A stretch of 64,000 nucleotides of DNA from an uncultured Acidimicrobiales bacterium (GTDB lineage Bacteria; Actinomycetota; Acidimicrobiia; Acidimicrobiales; UBA10347), in assembly GCA_937941245.1 (NCBI GenBank), contig CALDYC010000019.1:4708-68707 (forward strand), given 5' to 3'. This document shows, piece after piece, positions 50,114 to 58,237 of the stretch. The first letter of the stretch is position 1. Each line of letters opens with the position of its first letter. Both the position numbers and the translations under genes were made by a program. The notes under the pieces were generated by a model, which was not told the origin of the DNA, did no database searches, and was given only the letters and a program-made list of their open reading frames with translations.

Positions 50114-50752
50114 GTGCCCCGACGAACCCGGGCATACCCCATAGACTTGGCGGTCGTGGCCGACAAGAGCACAACCGCATCGGGAACTGACCCCGAGGCA
50201 ACCTTTGCCTACGACGAGCAGACGCTTGGTCAAGCCGAGAGTGTGTTCGACGCGGGCGTCGAGTTTGGTGCGCCGCCAGCGCCCATGCTGGCACCAGTTG
50301 TCGAAGCACCAGAACAGATCCAAATCAGTGCGCGAGAACGCCGTCGACGAGTCCGGCTTCAGGCCCGACGCGTACGACGCATTGTGCGCCACATCGAGCC
50401 GTGGTCAGTGCTCAAGATCAGCCTCGTGTTCTTTGCCTGTATGTGGCTCATCATGATGCTGGCCGGCCTATTGCTGTGGAGCTTCGCCGAGCGCTCCGGA
50501 ACACTGGACAACATCGAAGATCTCGTCAAGACCCTCTTCACCCTCGAAGAAGAAGAAGAGTTCTGGAGCGGCAATACTGTCTTTAGGGCCTACGCAATTG
50601 GCGGAGCGGTTCTGGCGATCGCCGGTATCGCATTCAATATTTTGCTTTGTGTGCTCTACAACCTGCTCAGTGACCTACTCGGTGGCATTCGCCTGACCGT
50701 GATCGAGGAAGAGTCAGCACGCTTCCGCCCTCCACGCCAACGTCGTCGTTGA
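50114..50752 (+). CDS. DUF3566-domain membrane protein (Rv0007 position)
   Basis: Arg-rich segment RERRRRVRLQARRVRRIVRHIEPWSVLKISLVFFACMWLIMML, then a second TM block. Located immediately after gyrA as in other actinobacteria. The exact start is uncertain. Confidence 0.65.
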   Translation: MPRRTRAYPIDLAVVADKSTTASGTDPEATFAYDEQTLGQAESVFDAGVEFGAPPAPMLAPVVEAPEQIQISARERRRRVRLQARRVRRIVRHIEPWSVLKISLVFFACMWLIMMLAGLLLWSFAERSGTLDNIEDLVKTLFTLEEEEEFWSGNTVFRAYAIGGAVLAIAGIAFNILLCVLYNLLSDLLGGIRLTVIEEESARFRPPRQRRR

Positions 50753-50815
50753 CCCAGTTAGACCGAACATCGCCCTCTGCAGGGGTTGTGCAGGCTTGTA
50801 GGGTTTGAAAACGTC

Positions 50816-50844
50816 ACGAACCCCGGCGGTTCGCCGGGGTTCGT
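50816..50844. terminator. Perfect 13-bp stem hairpin (terminator for tRNA-Ile, possibly bidirectional)
   Basis: acgaaccccggcg (50816-50828) pairs with cgccggggttcgt (50832-50844) around a 3-nt loop. On the minus strand it is followed by gacgttttc. Confidence 0.6.
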
Positions 50845-50850
50845 ACTATG

Positions 50851-50924
<74 letters not shown>

Positions 50925-51017
50925 AACTGGTGCGGCCTGAAGCGTAGCGGCCATCGGGTGAAACGTGCCACTTGGTTTGTGGCGGAAGCGCGGTGATTGG
51001 TGTCGTACCATGCATGC

Positions 51018-51158
51018 ATGTTCACGATCATGCGACGAGCGGTATTTGGTGCCGTGATTGCGGGTCTCACAGCTGCGATTTTGCGGATCTTCGGCGGCGA
51101 CGGCGCTCCACCCCAATCCGGGGGTTGGAAAGAGATCGATCCGGCGACTCTCGACTGA
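51018..51158 (+). CDS. Candidate 46-aa single-TM small protein
   Basis: MFTIMRRAVFGAVIAGLTAAILRIFGGDGAPPQSGGWKEIDPATLD. It is below the size cutoff of the ORF track, has moderate GC3 bias and no clear SD. Confidence 0.25.
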   Translation: MFTIMRRAVFGAVIAGLTAAILRIFGGDGAPPQSGGWKEIDPATLD

Positions 51159-51183
51159 AGATTCGAGAAGCTGACATGGAAAC

Positions 51184-52188
51184 ATGACGAGCATCACAGT
51201 CGTCGGCGGTGGGCTGGTTGGAACGCGAGTCGTCGAGTGTTTGCAGGCGGCGGGGGTGTCCTCAGCAGCTGTTTCGTCGCGATTGGGCGCTGGTGAGACG
51301 GCGTCGTCCGCACTCAAACGTCGGGTTTGCGAGTCCACTCATGCGGTGGTGCTCGCGGGACCATCGGCTCAGCAGCGGCAGTGGGCCCGTGCACTTGTGC
51401 GGCAGGGCATATCGGTCGTGTCGACAGCCGACGCACCGTCAGATATCGAAGCACTACGGGCTCTTGACCCTCGCGCGCACGATCACGATGTCGCCGTGGT
51501 CGTGGGTGCTGCTGCCTCACCCGGGCTCTCGACGTTGCTTGCGGCTTCGCTCGCAAGGTCGATGGACACCGTTCATGCAGTTGACGTGGCTGTCTTTGGC
51601 ACCGGCGGACCAGCGTGTGCACGTCGTCATCACCAGTCCTTCCGCCGTCGAGCGGTTGAAGTTCGCGAGGCAAGACCGATGTTTCGTACCCCTGGATCGA
51701 GTCGTCGGCTTGTCTGGTTCCCCGACCCGATTGGTGCCGTTGACTGTTATTTTGCTGCCCTGGCAGACCCCATGGTGATACATCGAACTATGCCGGGGGT
51801 TGACCGGGTGCAGGCCCGTGTCGCTGCCACCCGGCGAGATCGCTTGACCGCCCGGCTGCCCATGTTGCGTCCTCCTCATGCCGAAGGCCGAGTCGGGGGG
51901 CTGGTTGTCGAAGCCCGAGGCACATGTGATGGATCGATTGTGCACCGCCAACTCGCGGTGGCGACTCCACTTGCGTCCATTGCTGCGGTGGTAGCAGCCA
52001 AGACAGCGTTAGCACTTTGCAACGGCAATTTTGGGACCGGGGTGTCGTCGGTGGCTGATGCGTTTGACCCACAGTCGGTCGTGCGCAACATTGCCGCACT
52101 CGTTCCGGTTTATGGGTTCGACGGCTCATTTCAGCCAAGCCATTCGGCACCTCTGCAAGCTGCCCGAAAATGGGTACCTGGCAGCTAA
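51184..52188 (+). CDS. NAD(P)-binding Rossmann-fold protein (saccharopine-dehydrogenase-like; tentative)
   Basis: N-terminus ITVVGGGLVGTRVVECL is a dinucleotide-binding motif. 334 aa. No further motif recognised. Confidence 0.5.
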   Translation: MTSITVVGGGLVGTRVVECLQAAGVSSAAVSSRLGAGETASSALKRRVCESTHAVVLAGPSAQQRQWARALVRQGISVVSTADAPSDIEALRALDPRAHDHDVAVVVGAAASPGLSTLLAASLARSMDTVHAVDVAVFGTGGPACARRHHQSFRRRAVEVREARPMFRTPGSSRRLVWFPDPIGAVDCYFAALADPMVIHRTMPGVDRVQARVAATRRDRLTARLPMLRPPHAEGRVGGLVVEARGTCDGSIVHRQLAVATPLASIAAVVAAKTALALCNGNFGTGVSSVADAFDPQSVVRNIAALVPVYGFDGSFQPSHSAPLQAARKWVPGS

Positions 52189-52248
52189 ATCGGCCACTTT
52201 GTATCCCACTTAGGTGAAGAAATTTTGGGGGAAGCAGGGGATTTTGCC

Positions 52249-52275
52249 TAAAGAATCACGTCCTGTGGTCGATTA
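52249..52275 (+). promoter_or_regulatory. Candidate sigma-28 (FliA/WhiG/SigD)-type promoter
   Basis: TAAA (52249-52252), a 15-nt spacer, then GTCGATTA (52268-52275), versus the consensus TAAA-N15-GCCGATAA (6/8 in the -10 element). It lies 70 nt upstream of the FliA/WhiG-like sigma gene. Confidence 0.35.
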
Positions 52276-52345
52276 ACCTGTGTGAGTGGTGGCACCGGGT
52301 CATTGGACTCAGTGCTAGGGATGAACCACGGAAGGAAACAGCGGA

Positions 52346-53236
52346 GTGGACACTTCCAACGAACATGAGGTCGGCGACACGGGCACCTTGTCCGAAGTCG
52401 AACGAAATGAACTGATCGAGCAGAACCTGCCGCTCGTCAAGCACATCGTCTTTCAGGTCGCTGTGCACTTCCCACGCCACGTGGAACGTGAAGAACTCGC
52501 CCGGGCAGGAGCCCTCGGTCTGGTCGAAGCAGCGCGTCGCTATAGCCCTGAGCGGGGTATTCCGTTCGCTCGCTTCGCCGCTCGCCGGGTTCGCGGTGCC
52601 ATGATCGATTCAGTACGGGCCTCGGACTGGGCTCCTCGCTCGGTTCGTCGCTTGTCGCGTCAGTTCGACGCGATGGAGCAAGAACTGGCGAGCAACCTTG
52701 GTCGCATGCCGAAGTCGACTGAAACTGCCGAAGCAATGGGCATGGATTCGGGTGAACTGTCCAAACTTCGCTCCCAGCTCTATCGCTCAGTCGTACTTGC
52801 ACTCGAACACCAGGTCGACGGCGACAATGGTGAAGACCTCAATCTGCTTGACGTGCTTCCAGACCAGTCAATGCTTGAACCAGATCAGCAGCTCGAAGGG
52901 CGCGAGCTCTACGCCTATCTCCAGGACGCGATTTCTCTGCTCCCAGAACGTCACCGTCTCGTCATCGTTGGCTATTTCCTTGAAGAGAAGACCTCACTCG
53001 ACCTGGCTCGCTTCCTTGGTGTGACCGAATCACGCGTGTCGCAACTTCGCTCCGATGCGCTCGAGATGCTGCGAACCGGCATCAATGCTCAGTACGACAC
53101 CGGTGCTGACGAGGAAGAAGGACGCCGAGCCGACAAGCGCCGGGCTTATGCACGAGCCATTGGCAAAGCCACTGACTGGCGCGGTCGTCTCGACAACGGC
53201 ACCGAAGTATCGACCCGGGTGCGGTCAGTCCTCTGA
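52346..53236 (+). CDS. Group-3 RNA polymerase sigma factor, FliA/WhiG family
   Basis: GTG start after GGAAGGAAA. Region 2 is LIEQNLPLVKHIVFQVAVHFPRHVEREELARAGALGLVEAARRYSPERGIPFARFAARRVRGAMID. Regions 3 and 4.2 (SLDLARFLGVTESRVSQLRSDAL) are present. No region 1. Confidence 0.85.
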   Translation: MDTSNEHEVGDTGTLSEVERNELIEQNLPLVKHIVFQVAVHFPRHVEREELARAGALGLVEAARRYSPERGIPFARFAARRVRGAMIDSVRASDWAPRSVRRLSRQFDAMEQELASNLGRMPKSTETAEAMGMDSGELSKLRSQLYRSVVLALEHQVDGDNGEDLNLLDVLPDQSMLEPDQQLEGRELYAYLQDAISLLPERHRLVIVGYFLEEKTSLDLARFLGVTESRVSQLRSDALEMLRTGINAQYDTGADEEEGRRADKRRAYARAIGKATDWRGRLDNGTEVSTRVRSVL

Positions 53237-54244
53237 TTCGAGCTCGGCGATGGGTTGTAGACCTTCGACCCAGTCGTCGATGACCTGATACTCGTCAAGT
53301 AGCCATGAGCTGAACGAAGCGAAATCCCGCGGGATGAGCTCTCGATCGATGCGCCAGCATGAAATCGTCACCGGTGATGTCAATTGCCCGGTGGATCGAA
53401 TCGAGCGCACGGTCGCCAGCTTTTCCAAACCCGTATTGGTGATCACGCCAAGATCGGCGTTAGGGCAACCTTCCAACAAGGCCCACAGTCCCGCAGGCCG
53501 AGGTGGCAGTCCATGGCGCAGCTGCCGGGCACGAACGGCAGCCTGCGGTTCGGTCTCGGTGAGTTTCGCAATCGCTCGGTCGAAGCGTTCCGGCGTGCGA
53601 AACGTGCCTTCAGGAAAGATGATCGTTGCCGTCGTGTTGTTCGCCACCTGTCCGAATGTGACAAGACCGTCGATCTCCGCCGATGCGCGTTCGGGTGTGC
53701 GATCGATGAACTGGGTCGGAATCCAGCCTCCGACGATGTCGATGCATGGTGAGTAACGCAGCCCTCGCGTGACCACATGGGCCGGAAGCAGGTCATTGTG
53801 TTGGGTGAGTAGTGCCGCCGGAATCACGGCATCGAAGAAGCTGGTATGGCGGGCAGCTACCACCATCGGGCCCGGTCCAAGATCGCGGGAGCTCCACTGA
53901 ACGGTTGTTCCGAACGCCCATGTCACCCATCGCAGAAGCGAGCTTGTGTATCCGCCCATCATTATGCGATGCACTGTGGTCAGGGCCTCGTCAGGCTCAC
54001 CGCTGCGACCTGCTCGGTACCGAAACCAGACCCATAGCAAACGCACGAGCCACACACATTCGTTGATGCCGAGCACTCCCACCAACCGCGCAACTGAATA
54101 CCGCGGCAGATGACGATCGCCTCGCACTCGATCGACGAGCCAGGTAACACCAAACAACACTGGGCTTGTCGCAACTACGACTGCAGTGGCGACGAAGGCG
54201 CCGGTGATGGTCAGCAGCCGCCGCAGATAGAGCAGATCAAGCAC
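53225..54244 (-). CDS. Lysophospholipid (1-acyl-glycerol-3-phosphate-type) acyltransferase family protein
   Basis: HX4D motif HTSFFD and motif III IIFPEGT, with N-terminal TM segments. The 3' end overlaps the convergent sigma gene by 12 nt. Confidence 0.7.
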   Translation of the reverse strand: MLDLLYLRRLLTITGAFVATAVVVATSPVLFGVTWLVDRVRGDRHLPRYSVARLVGVLGINECVWLVRLLWVWFRYRAGRSGEPDEALTTVHRIMMGGYTSSLLRWVTWAFGTTVQWSSRDLGPGPMVVAARHTSFFDAVIPAALLTQHNDLLPAHVVTRGLRYSPCIDIVGGWIPTQFIDRTPERASAEIDGLVTFGQVANNTTATIIFPEGTFRTPERFDRAIAKLTETEPQAAVRARQLRHGLPPRPAGLWALLEGCPNADLGVITNTGLEKLATVRSIRSTGQLTSPVTISCWRIDRELIPRDFASFSSWLLDEYQVIDDWVEGLQPIAELESED

Positions 54245-54262
54245 GGTCCGGCGGGCCTTGAC

Positions 54263-55705
54263 TCAAGCGAGTACCGACAGTTGCATGCGTCGGGAGTTGA
54301 TATCGACACTGTCGAGCCGTAGTGATACTTCGGTGCCGATCTCGGGTTGGCTACCAATGCGTGTGAGGACTGCTGGATCACGCAGTTGGACGTTCGCGCC
54401 GCTGCGGCCATGAGACAACACCACGCCGGAGAACACTTCACCGACGCGGTCTCGCATGGTCATGGTCTCGACAAAGTCGACCATGGCTCGGTCGAGGGCC
54501 CCGTCGCGTCGTCGAGCCTGACCCATCAGTTCGGGAAGTTCGTCAAGAGCTTCGAGTGCCCACGCCGGAGCTGGCCGATCGGCACAAGCTGCGAGCACGA
54601 TTTCGTTGGAGAAACGGTCGCAGACTCGGCGCAGGGGAGCGGTGACATGGGCGTAGATCGATGCGATTGCACCGTGTAGCGGTTGCTCGGGCAGGGCGTG
54701 GTTCGCGAACGCCTCGTAGCCCGCACCGCGAAAACTGCGGGCCGCGCGAGTCAACAGCGCTGCTTCGGCTGCAATGTTCGGATCGAGACGACGCACTCGA
54801 TCGGGATATGACTCAGATGTTGGCCATTCGATCTCGAGGGCTCGAGCCGCACGGCGAACTTGGTTGACCGTGTGGTCGTCGAGCGTCGGCAACGTTCGTA
54901 GCAGGCCGTGGCCAACATCGACCATGATCTGTGCGGCGGCCATGCCAGTCAGAAGCGAGATTTGAGCGTTCCACCCTTCGACCGGCAGGCTGGTGTCGTA
55001 GTGCAGCGAATAGCCGTTGTCGGTGCGGGTGATTTCTTGTGATGGCAGTCGCAGACTGATTGCGCCTCGTGCAGCTTCGAGCTGCTCCCGAAGCAGGCCA
55101 ACGGTTCGGAGCAAAGAAAGTGATTGGTCACCGGTGCCGGCATCGATGTGCTGTTGGGCTTCGGCATAGGTGAGCTTGGATCGGCTTCGGACGGTGGCCC
55201 GTCGTGCTGAAGCGTTGGTCTGATTGCCCTCTTTGTCGAGATCGATTTGCCACAGGACCGCAGGCTTGTCGGTACCCGGAAGCAGACTGCCGGCCTGTTC
55301 ATTGATTGCTTCGGGGTGCAACGAGGCCCGCTGGTCGGGTGAGTAGAGCGTGACCCCGCGTTCTCGGGCTTCGATGTCGAGCAGGCTTCCGGGGCCAACA
55401 AATGCACTTACGTCGGCGATTGCGTACCACACGCGAAATCCGGCCGTCGTTGTTTCGGCGGCGAACGCTTGGTCCAGATCGATGCTTGCGGGAGGGTCGA
55501 TCGTCACCAGGTTGAGGTCCGTTCGATCAACGACATCATCAGGCACGCCAGGTGGAAGCGTCGGGCCCACTCGAGCGACCTGTTCTGCAGCGTCAATCAC
55601 TGCCGGTGGGAAGTGCTGCGGTACGTCGAGTTCTCGACGAACGGTGGCAAAGCCGGCCTCAAGTTCGGCGTCGAATGGGGATCCCAGAACCGGGCGACGA
55701 GGCAT
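54263..55705 (-). CDS. RNB-domain exoribonuclease (RNase II/R family)
   Basis: IDPPASIDLDQAF, YSPDQRASLHPE...GSLLPG and HVTAPLRRVCDRFSNE match the RNB catalytic motifs. A C-terminal S1-like segment is present. Confidence 0.8.
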   Translation of the reverse strand: MPRRPVLGSPFDAELEAGFATVRRELDVPQHFPPAVIDAAEQVARVGPTLPPGVPDDVVDRTDLNLVTIDPPASIDLDQAFAAETTTAGFRVWYAIADVSAFVGPGSLLDIEARERGVTLYSPDQRASLHPEAINEQAGSLLPGTDKPAVLWQIDLDKEGNQTNASARRATVRSRSKLTYAEAQQHIDAGTGDQSLSLLRTVGLLREQLEAARGAISLRLPSQEITRTDNGYSLHYDTSLPVEGWNAQISLLTGMAAAQIMVDVGHGLLRTLPTLDDHTVNQVRRAARALEIEWPTSESYPDRVRRLDPNIAAEAALLTRAARSFRGAGYEAFANHALPEQPLHGAIASIYAHVTAPLRRVCDRFSNEIVLAACADRPAPAWALEALDELPELMGQARRRDGALDRAMVDFVETMTMRDRVGEVFSGVVLSHGRSGANVQLRDPAVLTRIGSQPEIGTEVSLRLDSVDINSRRMQLSVLA

Positions 55706-55805
55706 TTGTTAACGCTAACCCAACAATTCGAATGTCACGAAGCCACGGGTCTAAGATCATAGTTTCCACGCACGCGTGGTTGTTCGGGCTAGGAAAGTAG
55801 GAACG

Positions 55806-56465
55806 ATGGGCTGGCGTCAACACATGGGATCGGTGCATCCAAAACTGCTTGATGCAGTGATGGAACACACGGTCGAACGGCACTATGACACCGATGAGGT
55901 GTTGTGTCGCGAAGGTGACCCCGCTGATGGTATGTATTTGCTCGACGTGGGTCGTGTACTGGTTCAGTCTTCGTCGGTAGATGGTGCACCTGTCGGGCTT
56001 ATCGTTGTCGATGCTGGCAGCGTGGTTGGTGAACGGGCACTAGTGGCCGACAATCAGCTCGGTGCAACGGTGCAGGCGGTTCGACCAACTGCGGTGCGGC
56101 TGCTGCGGCCCAGCGGGTTACGTGAGCTTCGTGAGCAACGCCCCGAGATTGACCAGTTCCTCGTGCAGGTGTTCGATACCCGTCTTCGAGAGATGTCCGC
56201 CAGACTTGCCGAGGCTGCGCAGTCATCAGCCGATGAGCGAGTGTGTCGACGCGTAAAGACACTGGGAACTGCCTATGACGGCACGGTACGACTGAGTCAG
56301 GCAAAACTCGCTGGCTTGGCTGGGACCACCCGTCCAACGGTGAATCGTGTGCTTCAGAGTCTGCAAGACGAAGGAGTGATTGTGATTCGACGCGCTCGGC
56401 TTGAGGTTGTCGACTCGCAGGCTCTCGACGCTCGAGTGCCTTCGCTCAACGGCATCAGTAGGTAG
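55806..56465 (+). CDS. Crp/Fnr-family transcriptional regulator
   Basis: cNMP-binding-like beta-roll (EVLCREGDPADGMYLLDVGRVLV...GERAL) and C-terminal HTH (LSQAKLAGLAGTTRPTVNRVLQSLQDEGVI). Start chosen at ATG 55806 after AGGAA. Confidence 0.8.
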   Translation: MGWRQHMGSVHPKLLDAVMEHTVERHYDTDEVLCREGDPADGMYLLDVGRVLVQSSSVDGAPVGLIVVDAGSVVGERALVADNQLGATVQAVRPTAVRLLRPSGLRELREQRPEIDQFLVQVFDTRLREMSARLAEAAQSSADERVCRRVKTLGTAYDGTVRLSQAKLAGLAGTTRPTVNRVLQSLQDEGVIVIRRARLEVVDSQALDARVPSLNGISR

Positions 56466-56511
56466 ATCCGCCTGTTCAGCGGGGCAGTTTGGCCCACTAG
56501 CGTTTCTCACT

Positions 56512-57348
56512 ATGAGCAGCTTCGGTCCTCTTGTCTCGGCAGACTGGTTGTTGGACAACCTCGATGCCGTCCACATCTTCGACTCACGTGCCTATAGCGA
56601 TGAGCGCAGCGCGGTTGATGCGTTCGCGAGCGGCCATATCACCGGAGCGGTCTTTGTCGATCTCGACGCTGACCTTTCTTCGCCAGCGTCACCTGCTGGC
56701 GGTCGACGTCCGTTTCCGACCGCAGATGACTTTGCGGCGGTGATGGGACGCCTTGGCTATGACGGTTCCAAGCCGGCCGTCATTTACGACGATGTCTCCG
56801 GCGGCATGGCAGCGCGATTGTGGTTCATGCTCACGCTCATCGGCTGCGAGGCTGCGGTTCTCGACGGTGGGATCTTTGCGTGGGATGGCCCCACGTCCAC
56901 AGATTCAACGCCGCCGATATCGGTGTCCTTCGCTCCTCGACCATGGCCAGATGAGCGGTTGGTTTCTGCCGATGATGTCGTTGCTCGCATCGACGCTGGC
57001 GGATTGGTTATCGATGCGCGCAATCATTCACGCTTCATTGGTAAACCCAACCGGATTGACGATCGCTTCGGTCACATCCCGGGCGCCATCAATCTGGCGT
57101 GGGAAGACAACATTGATGACTACACCGGACGCATGCTCGACATCGGCCAGCTCGAACGTCGGTTCGCACCAGTTCGCGCCGAGGACAACCCGGTGCGCCC
57201 GGTTGCGTATTGCGGGTCAGGAGTGACGGCATGCCACGATCTACTTGCGATGGAACTGCTTGGTGTCGAAGCTGACCTGTATGTCGGATCATGGTCTGAG
57301 TGGGGAGCCGACCCGGCTCGACCTCTTGCGACCGGCGACGACAGCTGA
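56512..57348 (+). CDS. sseA: Thiosulfate/3-mercaptopyruvate sulfurtransferase (tandem rhodanese)
   Basis: LVSADWL, two rhodanese modules, active-site loop YCGSGVTACH, then GSWSEW. Confidence 0.85.
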   Translation: MSSFGPLVSADWLLDNLDAVHIFDSRAYSDERSAVDAFASGHITGAVFVDLDADLSSPASPAGGRRPFPTADDFAAVMGRLGYDGSKPAVIYDDVSGGMAARLWFMLTLIGCEAAVLDGGIFAWDGPTSTDSTPPISVSFAPRPWPDERLVSADDVVARIDAGGLVIDARNHSRFIGKPNRIDDRFGHIPGAINLAWEDNIDDYTGRMLDIGQLERRFAPVRAEDNPVRPVAYCGSGVTACHDLLAMELLGVEADLYVGSWSEWGADPARPLATGDDS

Positions 57349-57394
57349 CGTCAGCTTCGGGTGCTTACTGGGCGCGACGACGTCCGCCGACCCA

Positions 57395-58174
57395 TCACAG
57401 AATCTGTGACAAGAACAGCTTGGTTCGGTCCTCAGTGGGATTGGTGAAGAAGTGCTCCGGTGGACCAACTTCGACGATCTCACCGCTCTCCATGAAGATG
57501 ATTCGATCGGCGACTTCACGGGCGAAACCCATTTCGTGGGTGACGACCATCATGGTCATTCCCGATCGGGCCAGCTCTTTCATGACATCGAGGACTTCTT
57601 TGATCATTTCGGGATCGAGCGCAGAGGTTGGCTCGTCGAACAGCATGATTCGCGGTTCCATTGCCAATGCTCGGGCAATGGCGACACGCTGCTGCTGACC
57701 GCCAGAGAGCTGACCCGGGAACTTGTCTGCCTGCTCGGGAATGCCGACTCGTTCGAGTAGGTCGCGCCCGAGTTGCTCGGCTTCGCCTCGAGGCTTTTTG
57801 CGAACCCAGATTGGTGCGAGCGTGATGTTGTCGAGCACGGTGATGTGCGGGAACAAGTTGAAGCTCTGAAAGACCATGCCGACTTCGCTGCGGATCTTTT
57901 CGATATTGCGGGTGTCGTTCGTGAGTTCAACACCGTCCACCATGATGCGACCGTCTTGATGCTGTTCGAGGCGGTTGATGCAGCGGATCCACGTTGACTT
58001 GCCTGAGCCCGAAGGGCCGAGCACGACCACAACTTCGCGTTCTTTGATGGTGGCGGTGACCCCTTTGAGGGCCTGGAAGTCGCCGTACCACTTGTCGACA
58101 CCGTCGCTGACAATCATGTCGGCACGGGATGCCATTTCTTCGCTGACGGCGGTGGTGGCGTCGCTGATGCTCAT
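57395..58174 (-). CDS. Amino-acid ABC transporter ATP-binding protein
   Basis: [49 protein letters not shown] (polar amino-acid PAAT family). Confidence 0.92.
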   Translation of the reverse strand: MSISDATTAVSEEMASRADMIVSDGVDKWYGDFQALKGVTATIKEREVVVVLGPSGSGKSTWIRCINRLEQHQDGRIMVDGVELTNDTRNIEKIRSEVGMVFQSFNLFPHITVLDNITLAPIWVRKKPRGEAEQLGRDLLERVGIPEQADKFPGQLSGGQQQRVAIARALAMEPRIMLFDEPTSALDPEMIKEVLDVMKELARSGMTMMVVTHEMGFAREVADRIIFMESGEIVEVGPPEHFFTNPTEDRTKLFLSQIL

Positions 58175-58237
58175 GTGTTTCCTTCAGGTTCGCAGACGGA
58201 ATGGGTTCGGTCGGACAGATACGGGGGAGTGACGCGA

